DNA of 64,000 bases from assembly GCA_004431415.1 (NCBI GenBank), contig QPMI01000416.1, positions 806,001 to 870,000 of the forward strand. The letters are read 5' to 3'. The stretch is from Cyanophora paradoxa CCMP329. Taxonomy: Eukaryota; Plantae; Glaucophyta. Positions within the stretch are counted from its first letter, which is position 1; the number at the start of each line of letters is the position of its first letter. Shown here piece after piece: positions 1 to 12,186 of the stretch. A model generated the notes under the pieces. That model searched no databases, was not told the DNA's origin, and was given only the letters and a program-made list of their open reading frames with translations. The translations under genes and the position numbers were made by a program.

Positions 1-999
1 CGAGATCGCCAGCGTGTACGCGTTCGGCTCCGCCGCCTGCCGCACGTACAGCTGCCTGCCCCCGCCGCCGCCTCGGAGGCCGCGGCGGAGGCGGGGGCGA
101 GGCGGGGCGGGGCGGCGGGGCGCACGGGGGCGGCATGTCCAGGATGGTGCACGCCTCGATCAGCAGCCTGCGCCGGCCGCCGCGGGGCGCGCGTTGGGCG
201 CGGCGGGTGGGGAGCGGGGGGAAAGCGGGGCCGACCTGTGCAGGTTGGGGAGCTGCTGCTCGCTGACGAGCAGCCCTGAGCCGATGTTGTCTACCCCCCG
301 CCGCATCGGTCAGCTGCAGGCGGCCCCGGCGGCCGGCGGGCGGGCACACCCAGGTACATGATCTGAGAGGTCATGTTGCCCAGCACGTCCCTCACGAACT
401 GCGGCGACGCGTCGGCGCTCAACGAAGGGATCGGAACGGCAGGCAGCGGCCGCGGCCGGACTCGGTCGTTCAGCGCCCGCGTACACGTATGTTTGCTCAA
501 TTCGCATCTATATGCTCTCCTTCGTCTATACTCGAGCCGGGGAACGACGCGGCGCAGGCGGTGCCGTGCATGCGCGGCGCGTGCCGCATGATGGGACGAG
601 AGCCCGAGCGCTGTTTCGTGGAGGGCGGGAAGCTCGCACCTCTTTGATGCCCGGGAGCGCTTCTAGCACACGGGTGGCTTCCAGATCGAGCGGGTGCCGG
701 ATCTCTTCGGCGCGAAGCCTTTCCCAGCGCAGGCGGGGGGGCTTGTGCTGTTGAGGCTTGCTGGAGGCCGGCACGGGCTGGATGGGCGGCGACGTCGACT
801 CCGAGCTCTCGCAGCTGACATAAAAGCGGACAGGGCGGACAGGCCGAGGGGACAGACTGGACGGCGCGAACCGAGCCGACGGGCACGGCGCGCCCCGAGC
901 CCGAGCTTTTTGCGGACATATCGACGTCGGCTGCGCGAGTACATATGCTCGCGCCGAGAGGGCCGCCGGGGGCGCGCTGCAGAACGCTGGCGGTGCCAT
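1..999 (-). CDS. Plastid M48-family zinc metallopeptidase (PGM48-like), 3' end runs off the window
   Basis: Spliced exons give LRAEEIRHPLDLEATRVLEALPGI / VRDVLGNMTSQIMYL / DNIGSGLLVSEQQLPNLHR / LLIEACTILDM / QLYVRQAAEPNAYTLAIS, matching the cyanobacterial/plastid M48 N-terminal region. ATG at 999 starts a transit-peptide-like MAPPAFCSAPP. Confidence 0.85.
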
Positions 1000-1262
1000 T
1001 AATCTCTCTTCTGGATTCGAACCGGTGTCCGAAGGGACCAAGCAGAACTTCGAACAGCAGCAGCAGCCCCGGAACATCTGCGAAACGCGTACTGAAGCGG
1101 CTCCGGAGCTTCGCGTCGCAGCTGCCCGCTTGGCGCTCAACCCGCTGTCCGCTCGGCGCCCCGCTAGGACAGCCGCTCTCGCGGCGATGCAGAGTGGCCG
1201 GTAGCGCTTGGGAGGGCAGCAGTTGCCCTTTTTAGCCGCGGAACGCTCTGCTAGGCCGCACG

Positions 1263-2906
1263 ATGGAGTTCAAGATTGTGTCGACGGGGCTTGTCATGCT
1301 GGCGGCGGCAGTGTTCATAACCATCCCATACGCTCTCCCAGCGTGGAGTGTCTTCCAGCAGCGCGTGCAGGTCAATCGGGACTAGCCGCGCAGGACGCTT
1401 AGCTATAGATCGCTCGGGGGTGGCAAGCTTCGGTGCTCCATTCAACGTAGAAGCGGGGCGGCTGACGCGCTGCGGGACAGGTGAACGTGGCGTTCTACGT
1501 GGGGGACCCGGGCGCGCCGCCCGGGAGCATCGCGTGCGGGGACACGTACTTCGGGAAGGCGCGCGCCCCCGCCGCCCCCGCCGCCCTGCCCGGCGCGGGC
1601 CGAGGCGGGGCGGGGGCGGCGCAGGCGTGCGTGAACGGGACGCTGGAGGTGCTGGGGACGGTGGCCTTCGAGTACGCCCCGCGGGGCTTCTCGGCGCTCC
1701 TCCGCGGCGACTCGACCCGCCTCCGCACCTTCGACGCCGCCGGCGCCCCCCGCAACGAGACCCGAGCCAAAGTCGAGATCTCGGCGGGGTCCGCGCGCCC
1801 CCGACGCGCCTTTCCGGCGGGCGGCGGCCGGCCTGACGGCGGGGGCAGGGACTGGAACTACTACAGCGTGTGCCGGGAGTACCCTGCGCAGCACGCGCCG
1901 GCGGGGATGCGGGTGGAGCTGGAGAGGCTGGTGTGCCGGGCCTGGTTCGACGTCGGCCTCACCGTCCAGCTCTTCCTCGGCGTCTCCCTCGCCCTCCTCT
2001 ACAACGGTCCGCCCCCGCCCCAACTCGCCCCCGCCCCGCCCCGCCCCGCCCCGCCCCGCCCCGACGCCGCGCCGCGCCCCCCGCAGGCGCCTTCGTGAGC
2101 CTGGTCGTGCTGCGGGGCAAGCCGTGGCTGCGCGGCGTGCGCCCCGCCCGGGCCGGGGGCGGCGGGGCGGGGGCCCGGGGCCGACGGGGCGCCGCAGGCG
2201 ACGTTCGGGCGGACGTTCTACGCGGGGGCGGCGGTGGTGGCGTGGGGCCTGGGCCTCATCGCGTGCGCCTGCTGGACGTGGCTCCACGAGCGCGCCCCCG
2301 TCATGCCGGGCCGCGTCGTCCCGGACCTCCCCGCCGTCGCCGCGGGGGACCCCGCGCTGCCCCTGCCCCTCCCCTGCTTCCGCACCCTCTCGGGCCTCGC
2401 GGAGGACGTCAAGGACCGCGTCAAGGCCGCCGCCGCCCCGCTCCCCGTCACCTTCTTCGGCCAGCGTGCGCCGCCCCGCCCGCCCCCGCCCCCGCCCCCG
2501 CCCGGGGCCTCCCTGAGGGCGGGGGCGCAGACGCCGACTTCCAGCGGAACAAGGAGGGCGAACCCGTCGACTCCTTCGACTACGGTTACGGTGCCCGGGC
2601 CCCACCCCCCGGGGCCCGCCCCGCGCCCCGCCGACCTCGCGGGGGGCGGCAGCGTTCCCGATTGCGTGGTCGGCGTGGGGCATCATGACCCTCGCCGCCG
2701 CCCTCGCCGTCATCTTCGCCCTCGACGAGGCCCGCCCCCGCCGCCCCGCCCCCGCCGCCCCCGCCCGACGCCCCCCGCAGGGCCCCTGGATGGAGGAGGA
2801 GGACCCGCGCGAGTACGAGAGCCTCGTGGCGGGGGGCGCCCGCCCGCCCTCCCGCCGCATGTCCGCCATCGGCGGCACCCGCCGCGGCCGCGTCGGGCCC
2901 CTCTAG
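1263..2906 (+). CDS. Four-TM claudin/PMP22/SUR7-like membrane protein
   Basis: Exons MEFKIVSTGLVMLAAAVFITIPYALPAWSVF (TM1 then W), Cys-containing loop, GLTVQLFLGVSLALLYNGAFVSLVVL, AAVVAWGLGLIACACWTWL, GYAFPIAWSAWGIMTLAAALAVIFAL; stop at 2906. Family inferred from topology only. Confidence 0.6.
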
Positions 2907-3583
2907 ATCCAGACTCCCGGCCCCGGGGCCGGCGCCCCCTCCCCGCCCCACCCCTCTCCGCATCCCCGTCACCGCCCCGGCCCCCGTGATCTCTCCCGGC
3001 CCTCCCAACCCTCGCTTCTTCGTCCGTGCCCGGCGCCCCTCGCTCTCTCCGTTGTACCGCTGCCCGTTTCAAGAACCGACGTCGACTTCTTTAGCTGCAG
3101 GCGCTAGGCTCAGCTAGCTATAGCCCGCGGCTCTTCAACACTGAATTCGGTATCCCCGGGATCCGGAAGCTGGCTGAATAGTACGGCCTAAAGGAGCTGG
3201 GCCTCGAAAGGCACCTCTAGCGCCAGATCTAGAGCGACGTACAGGTGCGAACTTGCCAGCTCGGCACGTCCTAGGCCTGAAGTTCGCGCGCGCGCGAATT
3301 CGAACGTTGACCTCCGAAATCGCCAGCGCCAGCCGGGCTCGGGGAGCTATCAGCAAAGCTATCAGCTAGAGAGTTTATCCGCGTGTAGAAGCGCAGCTTC
3401 TCTCCGCGGCGGAGGGCGTCCGACGGTCAGAGAGTGTCCAGCTAAGGCCACCTGGCTTGCGCCGAGCCTTCCAACGCGTGCTTGCGAACTACCGAACGAG
3501 GTGACTCCGCGTGCTGGCGCATGCGTACTCGGCCGAGTGCATGCCGCGAGCGGCCGCGCGCGGTCTGAAGCGGCGCGGCAGAC

Positions 3584-4740
3584 ATGCGGGTCGTGTTCCT
3601 GCTCAGCGGGGAGGAGGATCGGCAGTCGGCGGAGGACCTGGAGACGTATTATTACAACCCGACACTGTTCGACCCGGAGGGGGTGCACGAGTGGACGCGC
3701 GTGCTCGTGAGTAAGCGGGCGGCGGTGCAGGAGGTGGTGGAGGCGGTGAGGAAGCACCCGGCCGACGTCTACTACAACCTCTGCGACGGCAGTGCGCCCC
3801 GCCGCCCCCGCTCGCCGGCACCGCCGGGGCCGCCGCTAGCGCTGGGCGATGCACGCGTACGGGGCGGCCTGGGGGCTCGCTCTGAGGGGCGGGGGCGGGG
3901 CAGCGTTCGACGAGCCGGGGCGGGCAGGCCCGGAGGTGGTGCAGGCCCTCGAGATGCTCGGCGTCGCCTACACCGGCGGTGACCCGCCGCCCCGCCCGCC
4001 CCGCCCCGCCCCCGTCCCCGCACCCGACACCCGCTGCCCCCCGCCCCCAGCGACCCCCGAGTTCTACACGATGACCAAGCAGATGAGTGCGCGCCGGCCC
4101 GCCGCCTTCGGCCTCGGCCGGCAGCGTCTCTGGATCTCGCGCCGCGCGCGCGCGGGGCCGAGCGGCGGGGCGGGGCGCAGTGAAGCTGGCGGCGGTGCAG
4201 GCGGGGATCGCGACGGCGCCGTTCGTGTTCGCGGCGGAGGCGGCGGACGTGGAGGAGGCGGCCCGCCTGCTCCGCTTCCCCACCATCGTCAAGCACGTCG
4301 ACTCCGGCTCATCCATCGGCATGACCAGGCCCGCCCCAACCCGCCCCCCTCCCCCCCCCCCCCCACCCCCCCCACCCCACCCCCCCCCCCCCCCCACCTC
4401 CCCCCTCCCCTTCCGGTGGGGGAGCTCGAGCGGGGCGCAGGCGGAGCAAGTGCGCGGACGCCGAGGAGCTGCGCGAGGAGGCCGGCCGCTTCCTCCGCGA
4501 GTTCGGAGCCGTCCTCATCGAGGAGTACATCCCCGGCCGGTGCGCTACCGAGGGGGGGGGGTACACGCCGGGCGCAGGGGAGGGGGGCGAGAAGGGGAGG
4601 GGGTAGGGGCCCTCCGCTCTGAGCGCTCCCCCCAGGGAGTTCACGGTGCTGGCGGTGGAGAATGCGGCCGACCCGTCGCGCCCGCACGTCTACTGGCCCG
4701 CCGAGTGCTGCTTCGCCCCCGGCGCGCCCCGCTCGCCCCC

Positions 4741-4776
<36 letters not shown>

Positions 4777-5991
4777 TATATCCCCTTTCCCCCGCCCCTC
4801 CCCAACCCCAACCCCTTACTCCAACCCCACCCCCGCCGGCCGGCGGGGCGCTAACAGGGCGCTGCAGGGGAGGAGTTCAAGCACTACGACGGGACGGACT
4901 TTGTGAACGTGGGGTTCCGGTGGCGGGGGGCGGGGCGGGAGGGGCCGGACGGGGCGCTGGCGGGACGGCTGATGGAGGTGACGGCGCGGGCCTTCGCCGC
5001 CCTCCGCTGCAACTCCTACGGCCGCTGCGACCTCCGCGTCGACCCCGAGGCGCCCCCCTCCCTCCCCCACGCCCCGCCCCCGCCGCCCCCGCCGCCCCCG
5101 TGAACCCCGCCGGCGGGGCGGATGCGCAGGGCAACATCGTCTTCCTGGAGATGAACGCGAACTGCGCGATGTTCTACGCCACGCGCGACGGCGCCTCGGA
5201 CATCATCGTCGACTCCGACGGCGGTGCCCCCGCCCCTCTCCTCCGCTGCTCCCGCCCCGCGCGGGCGGCGACGGGGCGCAGGGCACCTGCTCTTCGTGGA
5301 GCGCGTGCTGGCGGCGGCGCTGGCGGCGCGCGAGCGGAGGGTGCCCAAGTGCCGCGTGCGGCTGCGGGGGCGCGAGGGGCCGCTCGGCCTCTTCGCCGCC
5401 GCCGACCTCCGCCCCGGGGAGCCCGTCCTCTGCGCCGAGGGCCTCCCCGCCCCCTCCTCTCCCGCGTGCGCCCACCCGCCCCGCCCCGCCCCGCCCCGCC
5501 CCGCCCCGCCCCGCCCCGCCCGCTGACGCCCCGCGCGCGCGCAGGGGCGGGCGGAGCGGGGGCCGGGGGCGTGCCTGCGGGTGAGCGTGGACGGGCCGGG
5601 GGCGGGGCCCGTGCACCTCGAGTTGGGGCCGCGGGCCCCGCAATGGCAGTGCGCGCCGCGCGCCGCCCTGGGCCGGCTGCCGGGGTCGGCTGGAGCGGGG
5701 CGGGGCGGGGGGCAGGTACGTGCAGGGGGACGGGGAGCGGCACAACGCGCGCTTCGAGGGGCTCACCCTCGTCGCCTCCCGCCCCATCGCCCGGGGAGAA
5801 GGTCCCACCCGCCCCCCGCCCCGCACCCGCCGCCCCCTCATCGCCCCGCAGAGATCCTCGTCCCCCCCGAGTGCCTGCACGCGTGCGGGGCCGGCGCGGG
5901 GGCCCAGGGCGCCGCCGCACCCAAGGCGCGCGCCGGGGACTTCGGGGCAGGCGCTCCAGCCGCTGTCCCCGCTCAGGTCGTCAGCTTGTGA
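3584..5991 (+). CDS. D-Ala-D-Ala-ligase-like ATP-grasp protein fused to a degenerate C-terminal SET domain
   Basis: YNLCDG, VVQALEMLGVAYTG, FPTIVKHVDSGSSIGM, VLIEEYIPGREFTVL, YGRCDLRVD, FLEMNANC (ATP-grasp). Then GLFAAADLRPGEPV ... HNARFEGLTLVASRPIARGEEIL (SET-like). Confidence 0.8.
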
Positions 5992-6813
5992 CGAGCCGCG
6001 CGATTTCTAGTCCGACTGCTGTTGTATTGAGACCATGCTCTTTTCATATATCATGTAGTTTTCGAGTCACTGGGTAGCGTATATATATACACGAATTCGT
6101 GGTTTATTCGGCTTAATTAACCTACCAGCTTCTTCGATTGCAATCATGATCATTCCTGCACATATTTGATTTATTTCTGTCGTAGTGTTTGCAAATTTCA
6201 ATGATTATGTCTAGATCTGTGATATCATGCATATGTCACTAGCTGATCATGATCATGAGTCAGTGAGCTCGAGTACCAGTCATGATCATGATCGTTATCA
6301 GTCAAAGTATACGTAAGATGCGTGCACATGGCGGCTGCCGCAGTGCCAATTGCAATATCATAGTATTAACTGCAAGGCTTTATGTCTTTCTGTCCCTCCC
6401 TCCAAGGCTCGTTGCAATTTCTTGAGCCGGCGCGCATGCACCGTGGCACGTGCACGTGCACGCATAATTAGCTTTCAATTTAACTTTGAAGCTCCAAGCT
6501 TAAGCATGATTTCGAAGGCTCCGAGGCTCTGGATCCGAGGGCTCTAGACCTAGATCTGCCTGCCAGGCTCTTTGGGTATACGTAGCTTTAGTATACTTCG
6601 ATTTCTGATGACGATCATGATAATGAGTTGTACTATTTACATGGAAACGTCATGAGAAATGAGAAAATTACAGCGCTAGCCGCTGAGCGAAAGCGGCTTG
6701 GGCTTGCATTGGCAATCGGGCATGGGGCCGCGGACTCCGGGACCGCGGGGTCGATCGCGACGTTGACGTCGACATCGAATATTTCGGGCGCGGTGGGGGG
6801 CGCGAGCTCGAGG

Positions 6814-9800
6814 CTACTCCTCGGCGGGGGCGCGGGAGGCGAGGGCGCGGGAGAGGGCGTCGACGCGGGGGCCGTAGCGCTTGAGCAGCTCGCTGCGCCG
6901 CAGCTTCATCGTCGTCGTCACCTGCAGGAGCCGGCGTGAGGAGCTCGACCCTCGCGGTGGGCGCCCCTTGGCCAGCGCCCTTGCGCGGCGCCCCGGGCTC
7001 CGGCGCACGAGGCCGTTCTCGACGGTGAAGGCCATCCCCTGCCCCCGACCCCCCGCGTGAGCCCCGATCGCGATCCCGAGCTTGAGCGCCCGGGGCGGCG
7101 GGGGCGGCAGGGGCGGGGGCGGGGGCCTGGGGATCGGAGGGCGGTTCGAGGAGAAGGCGCGCGGGGAGCTCGAAGCCGCGCAGGCCCTCCCCGCGCCCCG
7201 CCCGCCCAAGCTCCGCCACCGCCGCCTGCGAGCCACACGTTGCAGCTCGCCCGCCTCGAAGCACGGAACTGCAGCTGCAGGGGATGGGCAGCGGGGGCGG
7301 GGGCGTGGACCTTGGCGAGGCGTTCGTCGGCGCAGAGGGCGGCGAGGTCGGCATTGGGGTCCGCCCCCGCGCCCCGCGCCAGCTCCCGCAGCGCCCGCCT
7401 GCGCCCCGCGGCCGCCCGCCGGTCCCCCGCTGGGCCCTTCGGGCGCGGGCCGGGGCCGGGGGGCGGGGCGCGTGCGGACTCGTTGGGGACGACGACGGCG
7501 ACGGGGGCTCGGGCCTCCGGGGCGCCGTGCAGCCAGACCTGCGCCGGAGCCCCGGGCCCGCGTCAGGGTCGAGGCGGGGCCGGGGCCGGGGCGGGGGCGG
7601 GGGCGGGGCCTGGGCGACGAGGGGCACTTGGCGAGGACGGCCTCCACGCGCTCCGGCGCCACGTACTCCCCTGCGCCAGCTGCGCCCCGCCCCGCCCCCG
7701 CCCGATCGCCCCCGCCCCGCACGCGCCCCGTCCCCCTGCGCTCGAGGGGCCGCCTGCGCGCCTTGAAGAGCGTCTTCCGCCGGTCCACGATGCTCAGAGT
7801 CCCGTCCCCGTTCCTGCCCCGCGCCCCGCCGCCCCCGCATCACCCGCCCCCGCCAGAGGCGCAAAATACTTGTTTCATTCCTTCGAATTCCTCCTTCCAT
7901 TGCCCTCCCCCCTCCCCCTCTCCCCTCCCTTCTCGCCACTGGCCCTAGCCTCTCTCATCTGAACACCGGATCCACTATATATAGCTAAGCCTGCCCCTCC
8001 CTTCCATTGATTGGGGCGTACCAAGCGCCGATGTCGCCGGTGTGGAACCAGCCCTCCTCGTCCTTCTCCTCCCTCGTCTTCTCCGGCATGCTGCCGGCCC
8101 CGCCCCGCCCCGCCCAGTCATCGTTTCGATCACGGGGCCAGACCGGGGGGCTCGGGGGCGGGCGCGGGAGACGCGCTTGCGGTAGGCGCGGAAGACGAGG
8201 GGACCGCGGATGAGGACCTCGCCCCGCGGCCGCGGCTTGTCCTCCGACGTGAACTGCCACCGCCTCAGCTTCAACTTGCATATTGCACGCGGCACGGAGC
8301 GGGGGGCCGCGGCCGCGGCCGGGGCGGCTTGGGGCGGGGCTCGGGGAGGGCCTGCGCATGCCTGCATCGATATCTCGGGGACGTCGAGGAGCTTGACCTC
8401 GCAGCCCTCGAGCGGGCGCCCCACGCTCCCGAACCCTGCCCGAAATTAATCAAACCCCCGCGTCGCCCCCGCAGCTGCAGAATCAGTCCTGCCGGGCCGG
8501 GGCGCACCAGTGTAGCCGAGGGGCGTGACGCAGGCGGCCCCCGTCGTCTCCGTGAGCCCGTACCCCTCAAACACTGCCGCCGTGCACGCGCGCGGATCCC
8601 CGGAGGGCGTCCGATATCGATATCGAATCGATCCAGCGCGGGATCCGGAGCTCGAGCTCGAGCTCGGGGGCCGGAGCGGGCTTAAAGCTTCGAGAGGATC
8701 CGGAGGCGCACCGAAGGCGGAGGGGAAGCAGACGCGGAGGAAGTCGAGCAGGTAGTCCGGCAGCGGCGCCCCTGCCCCCCCCGCCCCCTCAAAACACTTC
8801 GAGGAGCCCTTTCGAAGTGCACGCGCAAAAACTTTAAAGCTTTAATGCATCATGCTATTGAACTCGCGATCGGGGGGCGCGAGATCGATGCCGCGCGCCG
8901 CATGCGCACCGCCCGAGGCGATGAACCGCACGCGGCCCCCGAGCCTTCAAATCGAGCGGAGTCGCCGGCGATGCGCACGCGCACGCGTCAGGCGAGTTTC
9001 GGTTCAACTTGAAAGGGGAGGGGCGGGGGCGGGGGCGGGGGCGGGGCGCGCCGGGCCTGGACGGGGCGGAGGGGGAGGTCGACGAGGGGCAGGCGCCGGC
9101 CGAGGAGGCGCAGGGCGCGGGACTGGAGGCCCCACGCGCCCCAGAAGGCGGCGCGCAGGAGCGGGTTGCGGCGGGCGGCGGCGCGGGTGGCGGCCTCGTA
9201 GAGGCGGTGGAAGACGCGGGGCACGCCGACCAGCACCGTGGCCTCGGCCGCCGCCAGCTCCTCCGCCACCCGCCGCGTGTCGCCTGAGGTCCCCAGCTCA
9301 CCCCGGCCCGCCCCGCGCCCTAGCTATATATATAGGCCTCCCGGCGCGCTCGCGACCGGGGCCCTATAGCTAGCCGCATAGCTACGTGCACGTATACATA
9401 TACATGTACAGGACCGGAGCTCGAGGAGCTCGAGGCGCCGGCGCGGTCGCTGTTATTCGCGCGCATGCGCAGGGCGGGCACCGGAGTAGTAGGCGATGGA
9501 GGCGCCGAGGGAGAGGACGGAGAAGTGGATGGCGACCTCGAAGCTGTGCGCCAGCGGCACTGCGCGCGGGACCGGCGCCCCGACCATGGCCACGATCAGC
9601 GAGGCTTCACAAGGGAAACGCCTGCAGTTAGTCGAAGTGTGCCGCCGGCTCGTGGCCATATGCATGGGCTGAATTCGAATTCGAAGAGAGCGGACGGAAA
9701 GAGAACTGCGCACGCGGATGCATTGGGAATAAGGTCGGCGGAGGTCGATCTCGAGCAGGGCGAGGGCCGGGGGCGCTATGCATATGGGTATGGGTGTGGA

Positions 9801-11276
9801 TGGCGGGGGCGGGGGCGGACGTGGCGGTCGTCGGGGGTGACGGGGACGAGGGAGAGGAGGCCGTGCACCTCCGCCGCCAGGTTCCCGTGCGTCAGCTCCA
9901 CCCCTGCCCCCGGCCCGCGCGCCCCGCCCTCCTCAGCCGAAGTTTGTAGGGCCGGGCACCTTAGGACATTTATTCGCGGGGAAATAATTAATGTAATTAA
10001 ATCTAAACACTTCAGGCTGCAGCGCTAATTATATAATAATATAATGTATATAAATAGCAGCAGCCTCTAGCTATAGCTTGCAGCTGGGCATGCTGGCTCT
10101 AGCTATAGCTAGATATAGATTAAAATTAAAGCGCAGACGTCGACGTCGCGATCGACACTGATCATGATTACGAATCTCGCGCCTTTAGGGGTGCCTGTCG
10201 TGCCGGAAGTGTAAAGCACGAGTGCCTTGCGAAGATGTGAGCGTTAACTGTGAATCACAGAAAGGGCCGGGGATCTGGAGAAAGAGCGATTAGCGGGTAA
10301 TTACATGACGCACCAGGTCGTCCAGCGTTGGCTTCTCCGCCTGCACGACCCCGACCGCCGCCATCTCCTCCAGGCTCCTGATCCGCAGGACACGGAGCCC
10401 GTCCTGCTTGCGATTCCCGAGCGCGAGTCGATCGAATATATTTTTTAAATGAAGCGTCCGCATCGTGTGTTTTTATTTTCAAAAAGTTTTCGGTCAATTC
10501 AATTTCAGCTTTAGCCACTCATAATTTAATTCGTATATATACGTATCGATAACACGCACGCGAAGGCTGACGTCCGGCATCGGGTCTTCCTCCTCATCCT
10601 CCGATTCAAGAAGGATAATGGTCTTCAGCCGTTTCGCTGCCGGCCCAGTTTCCGCAGCCGCCGCAAGCTGCGCATGCGCGAATATTGCAAATTTTGCATG
10701 CCAACGTTAACGTCGCGCTGCGATCGCGAGCTCCGGTACGGATCCGGCGCGCGCACGCTCGGAAGTTTCGCGCGGGAGCAGAAGGCGATTTCCGTCTGCG
10801 CATCCTCAATACAATGTGAAATTGTGTCCTTCCCCAGTGTGTCGTAGAGCGGCACGGCCGCCGCACTGCGGATCGGAGTCGCGGATCGATAATTCACGAT
10901 CAGGCGCCGCGGCGCGCGCGCGCTCGCGCTTGCACACAAGCGCGCGCAGGATCGCGCACCGTAAAGAGAAGGCGGCAAGGATGGAAATAGCATACTCGAC
11001 GCTGTTCATACCGTACAGGGCAATGCAGTCGCCGGCACGAATTCCGAGCTTGTGAAGACCGCTTGCGACCCGCTCCACGCGAGTGAGGACGCCCGCGTAG
11101 GTCTCGAACTCGTGCTGCCCGCAATGAATCGAGAACCGAAGCCGGACGTCCGGCCGCCTCCGTGGGTCGCGCATGCGCACCCGCTTTCCTGTAACAGGCC
11201 TCCCGAGGCACGGGCGCCCCGGCCAGTTGGCGGCGCGCGTCGAGAACGCGTCGAATACCGTCGCTCGTGGCTCCAT
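6814..11276 (-). CDS. Long-chain acyl-CoA synthetase (AMP-binding)
   Basis: VPLYDTLG, LYTSGTTGTPK, PLAHSFE, VGVPRVF, EGYGLTETTG, GEVLIRGPLVF, GWFHTGDIG, IVDRRKTLFKLAQGEYVAPERVE, MKLRR. Start codon uncertain. Confidence 0.9.
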
Positions 11277-11733
11277 ATGAATGCTCTGTGCGCGCGCCGC
11301 GATGGATTCTAGCGCGCGCTAGCTGATTGCAATTGCTTTGCAATTTGATTTGCATGATCCCCTCCCGTTTCGAATCAACGCTCTAGCTCTATACATGATA
11401 GCTAGATCTACTAGGCTAGCTAGATCTTCCCTAGATCTCCGATCGATCCGGGTCCCGGGATACCTCCTATATATAGCTAGTGCCGCAGTGCGGCGCGCCG
11501 CGCCAGCGCTATATATAGCTAGCGCTAGCGCGGTGAATGGAATTCGGCCCGCGGCCCGGCGGATCGTTGCAATACAGTATACGTATATATATATATTGGG
11601 ATGGCCGATCGTGCCGCCGGCCGCGGGCCGGCCGGCGCCGCCGCGCCGAGCGCCGGGGCCGGCGCCGGCCGAGGCCTCGCGATCGAGATCAATTTAATTT
11701 TGCGATCAATTCAATTTTGCGATTAATTATATA

Positions 11734-12053
11734 TTTTTTTTTTTGAGAGACTACGGTGGGGCGAACCCCCCGTAGGTAGTGATATTAAAGACAACAAAGC
11801 AATCACAAATCAAATTTTTTTTTTTTTGGTGAATTACCGGCCACAGCCTCTAGTCTACTCCAGCACTGTGGGGGCGTGTACAGGCAAGGTGGGGCATGAT
11901 CGATCGGAATTATGTGGAACGGGCGGGATTTGAAGGCGTGATTCTCATCGCAGGGCGATTCGAACACGGAAGGCATGCATCGGAAAGCGTGTATGATAAC
12001 CACACCGCTATGAGCGGGGGAATCACAAATCAAAGATACAGTAAACTAGCACA
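11734..12053 (-). mobile_element. Short poly(A)-tailed retroposon (5'-truncated LINE or SINE 3' end) hosting a nested SINE
   Basis: T11 at 11734-11744. Flanking direct repeat GATTAATTATATA at 11721-11733 and 12054-12066 (TSD). Minus-strand hairpin CTACGGGGGG-TTCG-CCCCACCGTAG just before the A-tail. Confidence 0.75.
11815..12020 (-). mobile_element. tRNA-derived SINE (~206 bp)
   Basis: T13 at 11815-11827. Perfect 14-bp TSD AATCACAAATCAAA at 11801-11814 and 12021-12034. Minus-strand head has an A-box-like TAGCGGTGTGG and a B-box GTTCGAATC. Confidence 0.85.
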
Positions 12054-12186
12054 GATTAATTATATATAAGTACTAGTTCTTTATTTTGCGCGAATATATA
12101 TTCGAATTCCGCTTTTCGCGAAACAGGGGGAAGAGGTCAGCGAGGGGTACGACCCTCGAGCTTACGACCCCGCCGATCAGACGGTG

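Noticed and set aside
4340-4830. Poly-C tracts as distinct elements
   Set aside because: They are expansions of the usual C-rich intron 5' segments; their lengths are unreliable.
3584-5230. Canonical peptidoglycan ddl
   Set aside because: No transit peptide, no GG.S.E/LHG motifs, and it carries a SET fusion.
11940-12020. Possible tRNA gene
   Set aside because: A/B boxes are present but I see no convincing acceptor stem; poly(A) and TSD indicate a SINE.
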